DNA from: Bacteroidales bacterium
GTDB lineage: Bacteria; Bacteroidota; Bacteroidia; Bacteroidales; WRLA01
Assembly: GCA_028710155.1 (NCBI GenBank)
Contig: JAQUSR010000002.1
Span: forward strand, 1-43,705
Length of the DNA stretch: 43,705 nt
Direction of reading: 5' to 3'
The position numbers were made by a program, and so were the translations under genes. Positions 9,776 through 17,097 of this stretch are shown here, piece by piece. The notes under the pieces are model-generated. The model had not been told where the DNA came from. It saw nothing but the letters and a program-made list of their open reading frames with translations, and did no database searches. Position 1 is the stretch's first letter. Each line of letters opens with the position of its first letter.

Positions 9776-9964
9776 TCGGATGTGTTTTGCTTTCCCACTG
9801 CCGAAAGTTTTTTGGGGTATCATCACAAAATTCGATCTACCTGAAACCGCCCTTATATAGTAAAAAACAAGCAATAGGTTCCTTATTTTAATCAAGCGAA
9901 AAACTAATCGTCAACACTCAAAATTCAATTTTTTTTAAAGAAGCTATTTTTTTCACAAAATTTT

Positions 9965-9972
9965 TACCTTTG
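9965..9972 (+). promoter_or_regulatory. -7 box TAccTTTG upstream of the GH3 gene
   Basis: ttttTACCTTTGttcc, 29 nt upstream of the ATG at 10001. Confidence 0.55.
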
Positions 9973-10000
9973 TTCCCTTCAATTTAGCCCGATATTGCAA

Positions 10001-11521
10001 ATGTTACACAACCTTTATCGATCATATTTTCAACATCGTATTCAGAAAATGGAACGTTTTAAGACGCATCCAATTGAAGTTCAAGAATCCGTGTTGAAAA
10101 AATTGATACAAGCCGGTTGTTCCACTAAATTTGGACAAACATACCAATTTTCATCTATTCGATCATCAGATGATTTTAGCCGTCAACTACCCGTTTCCGA
10201 TTACGAACAACTAAAACCTTACATTCAACGAATGCGGGAAGGCGAACAAAACGTTTTATGGAACACTCCCATTCCTTGGTTTTCAAAATCTTCCGGTACA
10301 ACATCCGAACGAAGTAAATATATTCCCGTCAGCCGCGAATCTCTGCAACAAAATCATTACAAAGCAGGGCACGATATGTATTCCATTTATGATTTGAACT
10401 ATCCGAAAAATTATCTGTTTTCGGGTAAAGCCATGGCTTTGTGTGGCAGTTTGGAGAAAATTTCCCACCAAAAAACCACTCACTTCGAAGGCGACATTTC
10501 AGCTATTTTAGCCTACCAACTACCATTTTGGGCTCAATGGAAACGCGCTCCCGAACTCTCCATTTCTTTGATGAAAAATTGGGAAGAAAAAATTGAAAAA
10601 ATCGCGCAATTAATTGTTAAAGAAAATATTACACATATCATTGGTGTTCCTTCGTGGTCGTTGCTGATTTTACAACGCGTATTGAAAATTTCCGGACAAT
10701 CCGATCTCAAAAAAGTATGGAAAAATTTGGAACTTTTTATTCACGGTGGCGTTCGTTTTGAGCCTTATATAACACAATATCAAAATATTATCCCTCATAG
10801 TTCTATGCACTATTTGGAAGTATATAATGCTTCCGAAGGCTATTTTGCCATCCAAGATCGACTTGATGAAAACGATATGTTGCTTCTATTAGATCATGGC
10901 GTTTATTATGAGTTTATGCCTTTAACGGAATTAGGAAAAGAACAACCTCAGCTTGTTGGACTTCAAGATGTTGAGATTGGGAAAAATTACGCAATAGTCA
11001 TTACTACCAATGGTGGTCTTTGGCGATATCTTATCGGCGACACTATTAAGTTTACAACCACATTTCCCTTTCGCATCCAACTGACCGGTCGCACAAAAGC
11101 CTTCATCAATTTAGCCGGAGAAGAGGTGATGGAAGACAACATTATTCGTTCTTTATCTGTAGCTTGTAGCAATTGTAGTGCTGTTGTGAAAGAATTTTCC
11201 GGCGCCCCATTTTATGGTAACGACCATCAAAAACCATGTCACGAATGGGCAATAGAATTTGTCAAAGAACCAGAAAATATACAACATTTTACCGCCATTT
11301 TCGATCAAACATTACAACAACTCAATAGTGATTACGAAGCCAAACGTTTTAAAAACATGGCATTAGATGTTCCTATTATTCATTCTGTTTCACAAGGAAC
11401 CTTTTATAATTGGATGCAATCGCGTGGAAAATTAGGCGGGCAAAACAAAGTGCCTCACCTTGCTAACCATCGTGATTATTTAGAGGAAATTTTAACCCTC
11501 AAAAACCATCCGCTTTCATAA
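10001..11521 (+). CDS. GH3-family (acyl-acid amido synthetase-like, adenylate-forming) protein
   Basis: SSGTTSERSKYIP and YNASEGYFA motifs characteristic of GH3/ANL-type adenylating enzymes. About 506 aa. ATG at 10001 is preferred over the in-frame TTG at 9995. Confidence 0.8.
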   Translation: MLHNLYRSYFQHRIQKMERFKTHPIEVQESVLKKLIQAGCSTKFGQTYQFSSIRSSDDFSRQLPVSDYEQLKPYIQRMREGEQNVLWNTPIPWFSKSSGTTSERSKYIPVSRESLQQNHYKAGHDMYSIYDLNYPKNYLFSGKAMALCGSLEKISHQKTTHFEGDISAILAYQLPFWAQWKRAPELSISLMKNWEEKIEKIAQLIVKENITHIIGVPSWSLLILQRVLKISGQSDLKKVWKNLELFIHGGVRFEPYITQYQNIIPHSSMHYLEVYNASEGYFAIQDRLDENDMLLLLDHGVYYEFMPLTELGKEQPQLVGLQDVEIGKNYAIVITTNGGLWRYLIGDTIKFTTTFPFRIQLTGRTKAFINLAGEEVMEDNIIRSLSVACSNCSAVVKEFSGAPFYGNDHQKPCHEWAIEFVKEPENIQHFTAIFDQTLQQLNSDYEAKRFKNMALDVPIIHSVSQGTFYNWMQSRGKLGGQNKVPHLANHRDYLEEILTLKNHPLS

Positions 11522-11542
11522 ATCTTGTAAATAATCAAAATA

Positions 11543-12823
11543 ATGAAAAAAATATTTTTAACAATGATCGCCTTTTGTGCTTTATCCGTTCAAGCACAAA
11601 CTTTTGAGCAATATTTTATCCAAAAAACGATGCGTGTCGATTATATGCACGTAGGCGATGCCGTCACCGACCAATATTTTATTGATGAAATCATTGCCGA
11701 ACCACATTGGGGCGGACATCTCACCAACTTAATTGATGAAAGCGGATTTGGCTACTACTTGGTGAAAGTATTTGATAAACAAACTAAAACATTGATTTAT
11801 AGTCGATATTACGCCACACTTTTTGGCGAATGGCAAACCACCGATGAAGCTAAAACCATCCAAAAATCGTTTTCTGAAACAGTCGTTTTTCCGTTTCCGA
11901 AAAACAAAATCGAAGTGGCACTACACACCAAAAACAAAGCTACCGGAATTTTTGAAGAAAAATATCGTTTCGACATCGACCCGAACAACTATTTCATTCA
12001 ACGCGACCGCAGACATGTGTATCCCGTTTACGAAGTGGAAAGCAACGGCAATCCCAACGAAAAAGTCGATATTGTAATTATTCCCGATGGTTATACCGAA
12101 AGCGAGATGAATCAATTTATGAAAGATTGCGACTTCTTTAGAGACGAATTTTTCAAATACGAACCTTATTCCTCCTACCGCGATCGATTCAATATTCATG
12201 CGGTGATGGCACCTTCCAAAGAATCGGGAGCCGATTTGCCGGGCGAAAACATCTGGAAAAACACGCTTATCGATTGTAGCTTTTGGACATTTGATAGCGA
12301 GCGTTATTTGATGACCACCGACAATAAAACTATGCGCGATGTGGCAGCCAACGCCCCTTGCGACCAAATCTACATTTTGGTCAACCACCAAAAATACGGC
12401 GGCGGCGGCATCTTCAACCACTATTGCACCGGCATCAACCACAACGAATCTGCCGGAAAAATCATCGTGCATGAATTTGGTCACGGTTTTGCCGGCTTGG
12501 GTGACGAATATGTGGGCAATGCCGAATACAACGATTTCTATAACTTGAAATTAGAACCCGCTGACCCGAATGTTACCACTTTAGTCGATTTTGAATCAAA
12601 ATGGAAAGATTTAGTCGACCCTCAAACACCTATTCCAACACCTGCAACACCGCAATACAAAAACCAAATCGGCGTTTTTGAAGGTGCCGGCTACATGAAA
12701 GAGGGCATTTATCGCCCGAAACAAGATTGTTTGATGAACCATTTCCGTTGCGAAGAATTTTGTCCTGTATGTCAACGTGCTATCATCAAAATGATTGATT
12801 TTTACACCGTTCCGGTGAAATAA
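11543..12823 (+). CDS. Secreted M64-family (IgA-peptidase-like) zinc metallopeptidase
   Basis: Signal peptide MKKIFLTMIAFCALSVQAQ. Zincin motif within IIVHEFGHGFAGLGDEY. 21-nt gap after the GH3 gene. Confidence 0.8.
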   Translation: MKKIFLTMIAFCALSVQAQTFEQYFIQKTMRVDYMHVGDAVTDQYFIDEIIAEPHWGGHLTNLIDESGFGYYLVKVFDKQTKTLIYSRYYATLFGEWQTTDEAKTIQKSFSETVVFPFPKNKIEVALHTKNKATGIFEEKYRFDIDPNNYFIQRDRRHVYPVYEVESNGNPNEKVDIVIIPDGYTESEMNQFMKDCDFFRDEFFKYEPYSSYRDRFNIHAVMAPSKESGADLPGENIWKNTLIDCSFWTFDSERYLMTTDNKTMRDVAANAPCDQIYILVNHQKYGGGGIFNHYCTGINHNESAGKIIVHEFGHGFAGLGDEYVGNAEYNDFYNLKLEPADPNVTTLVDFESKWKDLVDPQTPIPTPATPQYKNQIGVFEGAGYMKEGIYRPKQDCLMNHFRCEEFCPVCQRAIIKMIDFYTVPVK

Positions 12824-12850
12824 GATCGCCACATCTCTACACTTATAAAA

Positions 12851-12872
12851 AACAGCAAAGAGTTTTGCTGTT
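12851..12872. terminator. Bidirectional intrinsic terminator between convergent M64 and mgsA
   Basis: Stem aacagcaaa / tttgctgtt with loop gagt, flanked by an A-run upstream and a T-run downstream. Confidence 0.7.
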
Positions 12873-12883
12873 TTCGGTAACAA

Positions 12884-13354
12884 TTATTCAATCGTTCGCG
12901 TGATATAATTGTTAAAATCAGCCTTTTGTGGTTGATAAGAATCATCTTCGAACAACGAAGAAGCAATAATGAAATCGGCCGTAGATCGACAACAAGCGGT
13001 AGGAATATTATACAAAACGCCAATTCGCAATAAGGCTTTTACATCTACATCGTGCGGCTGTTGCGACATGGGATCCCAAAAGAAAAACATCATATCAATT
13101 TTCCCTTCAGCAATGAGGGCGCCCAATTGTTGGTCGCCACCCAACGGCCCCGATTTCAATCTCAAAACTCGATGATAATCACGATCGTTTTCTTCCAAAT
13201 CTTTATTCAATTCTTGTTCAATGATGCGTCCTGTGGTTCCTGTACAAATCAAATGATGTTTTTTTAACCGATCACGATTAAAAGCAACCCAATCGGCTAA
13301 ATCGGCTTTACAATGGTCATGCGCCACTAAAGCAATGTTATATCTTTTTTTCAT
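12884..13354 (-). CDS. mgsA: Methylglyoxal synthase
   Basis: ALVAHDHCK, CTGTTG, SGPLGGDQQ and DPMSQQPHDVDVKAL motifs. 156 aa. Confidence 0.9.
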   Translation of the reverse strand: MKKRYNIALVAHDHCKADLADWVAFNRDRLKKHHLICTGTTGRIIEQELNKDLEENDRDYHRVLRLKSGPLGGDQQLGALIAEGKIDMMFFFWDPMSQQPHDVDVKALLRIGVLYNIPTACCRSTADFIIASSLFEDDSYQPQKADFNNYITRTIE

Positions 13355-13380
13355 AGTAAGTAAATTATGATGATTCTATA

Positions 13381-13551
13381 TTAAGTATCCATCGATTCTT
13401 TGGAAAGAGTCTTTTTTCGTTTTTTCAACGCTTCGCTCAAAATCCATTCTATTTGTCCATTGATACTTCGAAAATCATCGGCAGCCCAGCGTTCCAAATG
13501 TTGCATCATCTCCGGAGAAAGTCGCAAAACAAAAGGTTTCTTTTCAGCCAT
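13381..13551 (-). CDS. Arc/MetJ-type ribbon-helix-helix DNA-binding protein (56 aa)
   Basis: MAEKKPFVLRLSPEMMQHLERWAADDFRSINGQIEWILSEALKK has the beta-strand / helix / helix pattern of Arc-like RHH proteins. The ATG at 13551 is chosen over the longer 13611 start, which would overlap the upstream gene. Confidence 0.65.
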   Translation of the reverse strand: MAEKKPFVLRLSPEMMQHLERWAADDFRSINGQIEWILSEALKKRKKTLSKESMDT

Positions 13552-13576
13552 TATTTTAATTTTTAAAATTACAAAT

Positions 13577-14119
13577 TCAATTTCTTTCTTTATACAATGA
13601 ATGATTTTCAAGCGATAACTTCTTTAAAACCATTTCTATTTCAGATGGCTTTTTTGTTCCAATAAGCAATTTATTTCCATTTTTCATGATTAATTGAATG
13701 CCGAATTTTCCTGAAACGTTGAACGCTCGATTTTTTCTCACACCACGTATTCCCCAACCGCCATATTCTATCAATGGCTTATATTGACGAATATATACTT
13801 GATCAAACTCATTCCATGCAAAAGATTTCAATCGCAGAAAAGGGAAAAACCGCACTGAGATTCCTTCTGTTGTAATCTCGGTTTGTAATTTTAAAAGCAA
13901 CAATAAACCAAAAATCAATACAAACGATATCCCAATAATAACAAGTCCCCAAATGTCATTGTTGGTAACAACCTCTTGTTGCTGAATTTGTAGCAAAATT
14001 TCAGTAAAGCTCCATATAAAAGCTCCCGCGAGAATTAGCCAAAGCCACCATTGCGTAAACCGTTGTTGTTCTGTAAATAACGTTTTTGAATAGATAACAT
14101 TCTTCTTCATTAGAATCAT
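13577..14119 (-). CDS. Membrane protein with two TM helices and a bacterial PH-like C-terminal domain (uncharacterised)
   Basis: 180 aa. Hydrophobic stretches WWLWLILAGAFIWSFTEILL and WGLVIIGISFVLIFGLLLLL, then a soluble ~100-aa beta-rich domain (EGISVRFFPF...GGWGIRG...GIQLIMKNGNKLLIGTKKP). Confidence 0.6.
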   Translation of the reverse strand: MILMKKNVIYSKTLFTEQQRFTQWWLWLILAGAFIWSFTEILLQIQQQEVVTNNDIWGLVIIGISFVLIFGLLLLLKLQTEITTEGISVRFFPFLRLKSFAWNEFDQVYIRQYKPLIEYGGWGIRGVRKNRAFNVSGKFGIQLIMKNGNKLLIGTKKPSEIEMVLKKLSLENHSLYKERN

Positions 14120-14137
14120 GGTTTTATGAAATAAATA

Positions 14138-15070
14138 CTAATACAAAGTTCCTGTATTAATGACCGGTCTGGCAGCCTCATCGGCACACAAAACAACCAT
14201 CAAATTGCTGACCATCGTTGCTTTACGCTCTTCATCCAATTCTACCACTTTCTTTTCACTCAATTTATCCAATGCCAATTCCACCATTGAAACAGCACCT
14301 TCAACAATTTTTTCACGTGCCGAAATAATGGCTTCCGCTTGTTGACGCCGCAACATCACTCCTGCAATTTCGGAGGCATACGCTAAATAATTAATGCGAG
14401 CCTCCACCACTTTGATGCCTGCAATGGTTAAACGCTCCGCTAACTCCTCTTCCAACTTATCGTTAATCTCCTCGCCACCGGAACGTAAAGTAATTTCAGT
14501 GTCTTTATGATCAATGTGATCGTAGGCATACATTCCTGCAACTTTACGCAAAGCAGCATCACTTTGTACCTGCACAAACGATTCAAAACTCGATAAACTG
14601 ATGTCGTTGCCATTGGTTCCGACTGCTATCGCTTTTGCCGAATCAATCTCAAAACAAGCTTTGTAGGTGTCTTCAATTTTCCAAACCAAAACCAATCCAA
14701 TCATAATCGGATTTCCGTTTTTATCGTTCACTTTAATCGGCTCCACATCCATATTGCGAGCGCGCAACGACAATTTTTTCTTAACATAAAACGGATTCAC
14801 CCAGAAAAAGCCGTTTTGCTTTACCGTTCCCGAATAGACTCCGAAAAAGGTTAAAACCGCCGATTTATTCGGTTGAATCAACAAAAAACCGATTAAATGC
14901 AAAATCCACACAAAAGTACCGACAATAATAACAATAACGGTCCACAACACATTTTCCAATAAAATTAATTGAAATACTGACCATACTGCCGCTGCTATCA
15001 AAGCGAGGTTTAAAAACAAGTGAAAAAAACCGTTAGATTTTAATTTTTTTACAAATTCGTTCGTTTTCAT
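14138..15070 (-). CDS. SPFH/Band 7 (stomatin-prohibitin-flotillin-HflK/C) domain membrane protein
   Basis: N-terminal TM segments, an SPFH-like core (VLTFFGVYSGTVKQNGFFWVNPF...), a coiled-coil QQAEAIISAREKIVEGA, and a tail NLMVVLCADEAARPVINTGTLY. Start at MKTNEF (15070) because a -7 promoter box lies inside the longer ORF-track extension. Confidence 0.8.
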   Translation of the reverse strand: MKTNEFVKKLKSNGFFHLFLNLALIAAAVWSVFQLILLENVLWTVIVIIVGTFVWILHLIGFLLIQPNKSAVLTFFGVYSGTVKQNGFFWVNPFYVKKKLSLRARNMDVEPIKVNDKNGNPIMIGLVLVWKIEDTYKACFEIDSAKAIAVGTNGNDISLSSFESFVQVQSDAALRKVAGMYAYDHIDHKDTEITLRSGGEEINDKLEEELAERLTIAGIKVVEARINYLAYASEIAGVMLRRQQAEAIISAREKIVEGAVSMVELALDKLSEKKVVELDEERKATMVSNLMVVLCADEAARPVINTGTLY

Positions 15071-15097
15071 TTTTGATATTATTTTGATATTATTTTG
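15071..15097 (-). repeat. Tandem 11-nt direct repeat (ttttgatatta x2 plus a partial third copy) in the 5' leader of the SPFH gene
   Basis: Read directly: ttttgatatta ttttgatatta ttttgg, located between the -7 box and the start codon. Confidence 0.8.
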
Positions 15098-15101
15098 GTT
15101 G

Positions 15102-15109
15102 CAAATGTA
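15102..15109 (-). promoter_or_regulatory. -7 box TAcaTTTG (minus strand) for the SPFH operon
   Basis: Plus-strand caaatgta, 32 nt upstream of the start at 15070. Confidence 0.55.
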
Positions 15110-15270
15110 TAATGTTTTTGGTAAATAACAACCATAAAATGATTTTTTGTATATCGTTGTTTTACTGATACATATACAACATTTCTTGTTTTCATTCATC
15201 ACCTTGTTCAAAAAAAAATCTGTTTTATTCATCAAATTGCATTTCTTTTGAATAAAAAAAGCAAAACAAT

Positions 15271-15278
15271 TACCTTTG
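15271..15278 (+). promoter_or_regulatory. -7 box TAccTTTG for def-like gene
   Basis: caatTACCTTTGCAtacgc, 24 nt upstream of the ATG at 15302. Confidence 0.6.
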
Positions 15279-15301
15279 CATACGCTTTAAAAATTATCTA
15301 G

Positions 15302-15946
15302 ATGAATTATAAAATTGTTGTAATATTGCTCGCTATGCTGACATTGGTTTCTTGTTTGAAGAAAGCCACTAATAATCCACCTGCTCAAGAAGATTTTTCT
15401 TTCACGGAAACAGAAAAAAGCCTCATTCTGTCCGATTCAGCCAACGCCCCGATGTATATTTTTCAAACCAATGTTTACGAAGATTCCATTTTTTTACGTC
15501 AAATTTCTCGTAATGTGGATATTAAAGACGAAGATACCCTCGTTTTGCAACATTTGATTTCACGAATGCGCGTCACTTTGGCTCATTCGGGCGGCGTAGG
15601 CATCGCTGCACCGCAAGTGGGAATCGGTCGTAACGTTTTTTTGCTAAAACGCTATGATAAACCCGGAAAGCCGATCGAACCATGTATTAATCCTGAAGTA
15701 CTATGGGCGGACACTTCTATGTGTTGGTTTTCGGGTGATGGTTGCCTTTCTGTTCCAATGGAAAGTATGAAAACATGGAGACACAAGCGAATTTTTGCCG
15801 GTTTCTACGATAAAAATATTCAATATCTGCAAGATACAATCAAAGGGTACACGGGTTTCAATAACAATTTTTCTGCCATCATCTTCCAACACGAATATGA
15901 TCATCTGTTCGGCATTTTATATATCGACCGAACCGAACAACAATAA
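15302..15946 (+). CDS. def: Peptide deformylase homologue with N-terminal lipoprotein signal peptide
   Basis: All three PDF motifs are present: GVGIAAPQVG, DGCLSVP, QHEYDHLFG. The N-terminus MNYKIVVILLAMLTLVSC has a lipobox-like LVSC. An internal Met51 (15452) would give a canonical-length cytoplasmic PDF. Confidence 0.8.
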   Translation: MNYKIVVILLAMLTLVSCLKKATNNPPAQEDFSFTETEKSLILSDSANAPMYIFQTNVYEDSIFLRQISRNVDIKDEDTLVLQHLISRMRVTLAHSGGVGIAAPQVGIGRNVFLLKRYDKPGKPIEPCINPEVLWADTSMCWFSGDGCLSVPMESMKTWRHKRIFAGFYDKNIQYLQDTIKGYTGFNNNFSAIIFQHEYDHLFGILYIDRTEQQ

Positions 15947-15973
15947 TCAGTCAAAATATTATCTACCAATATT

Positions 15974-16882
15974 ATGTCGCACGATCATTCTTCTAAGAGT
16001 AACAATATTGCCGTTGCCTTTTTTTTAAATTTTGGTTTTACCATTATTGAATTAGTAGGAGGATTGATAACCAATAGTGTAGCCATTCTTTCAGATGCGT
16101 TGCACGATTTTGGCGATTCTATTTCATTAGCCTTAGCATGGTATTTTGAAAAGGTTGCTAAACGTTCTCCTTCTGCCCGTTTCACCTACGGATATAAACG
16201 TTTTTCTCTTTTGGGAGCACTCATCAATTCTATGGTGCTTTTGGTCGGTTCTGTTTTTATCATTTACGAATGTTGCTTGCGAATCATCACTCCACAAGAA
16301 GTTCAAGTAAAAGGAATGTTGTATTTAGCAATTTTAGGCGTCATCATCAACGGAATAGCCGTTTTACGAACTTATCACGGTTCGAGCATTAACGAACGAA
16401 TAGTGTCATTGCATTTGCTGGAAGATGTTTTGGGATGGATTGCCGTTTTAATAGTCAGTATCGTGATGTTGTTTGTGGACTTGCCGATTCTCGATCCGCT
16501 GCTATCTATCGGCATCGCTATCTTCGTATTATATAATGTATTTAAAAATTTAAAAGCCACTTTTCAAGTCATTTTGCAGGGTGTTCCTTCCACAATGAAT
16601 TTATCAGAAATTCAACAAAAACTGGAAACCATCCCGTTGGTGCAATCTATTCACGATCTGCATATTTGGAGTTTAGATAGCGAATACAACATTGCCAGCC
16701 TACACGTCGTAATAAAAACACAAGACAATACTTCTGACAATTTACTGAATATCAAACAACAAATAAAACAAACCATGTCCAACGAGGGCATCGAACATAC
16801 CACCGTTGAATTTGAAACCGAAAAAGAACTTTGTGACCCTTGCCGTATCCAATCTAAACAATGTCAAGAAAACAAGTGTTAA
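15974..16882 (+). CDS. Cation diffusion facilitator (CDF) family divalent-metal efflux transporter
   Basis: Six predicted TM segments. Metal-site motifs SDALHDFGDS (TM2) and HLLEDVLGW (TM5). A C-terminal cytoplasmic domain. 27-nt gap after def. Confidence 0.85.
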   Translation: MSHDHSSKSNNIAVAFFLNFGFTIIELVGGLITNSVAILSDALHDFGDSISLALAWYFEKVAKRSPSARFTYGYKRFSLLGALINSMVLLVGSVFIIYECCLRIITPQEVQVKGMLYLAILGVIINGIAVLRTYHGSSINERIVSLHLLEDVLGWIAVLIVSIVMLFVDLPILDPLLSIGIAIFVLYNVFKNLKATFQVILQGVPSTMNLSEIQQKLETIPLVQSIHDLHIWSLDSEYNIASLHVVIKTQDNTSDNLLNIKQQIKQTMSNEGIEHTTVEFETEKELCDPCRIQSKQCQENKC

Positions 16883-17068
16883 AAAAATCCCTCACCATTT
16901 CGTTAACATAATTTTTCATACAACATCGCTTCTTTTTGTTCATTATTTTTACGATAAATTTCAAGAATCCTTTATATATTTTTTACAAAAATCATAATTA
17001 TCTGTATTTCATATTATTAACATGATAATTATTTTAAGGGATAAAATTTGACAAATAGTAAAAAATAC

Positions 17069-17076
17069 TACCTTTG
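17069..17076 (+). promoter_or_regulatory. -7 box TAccTTTG for thrS
   Basis: tacTACCTTTGCACCCGC. It overlaps the ORF-track start at 17074, which argues for the ATG at 17098. Confidence 0.6.
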
Positions 17077-17097
17077 CACCCGCTTAAAAAAGGAAAA

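Noticed and set aside
11921-12484. 187-aa minus-strand ORF.
   Set aside because: It is antisense to the M64 peptidase catalytic region (HEFGH lies on the plus strand). It is rich in Val, Gly, Ala and Phe, as expected for a shadow frame, with no start context or promoter.
13381-13551. The RHH protein as the antitoxin of a type II toxin-antitoxin pair.
   Set aside because: No small toxin-like ORF (RelE, ParE, MazF, VapC, HicA and similar) is adjacent on either side. The neighbours are a membrane PH-like protein and mgsA.
14138-15235. The ORF track gives the SPFH gene a 365-aa form with a 55-aa N-terminal extension (MMNKTDFFLNKVMNENKKCCICISK...).
   Set aside because: A -7 promoter box (15102-15109) and the tandem-repeat leader lie inside the extension. 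The extension is low-complexity and Cys/Lys/Asn-rich, like translated AT-rich spacer. MKTNEF at 15070 gives a normal SPFH N-terminus.
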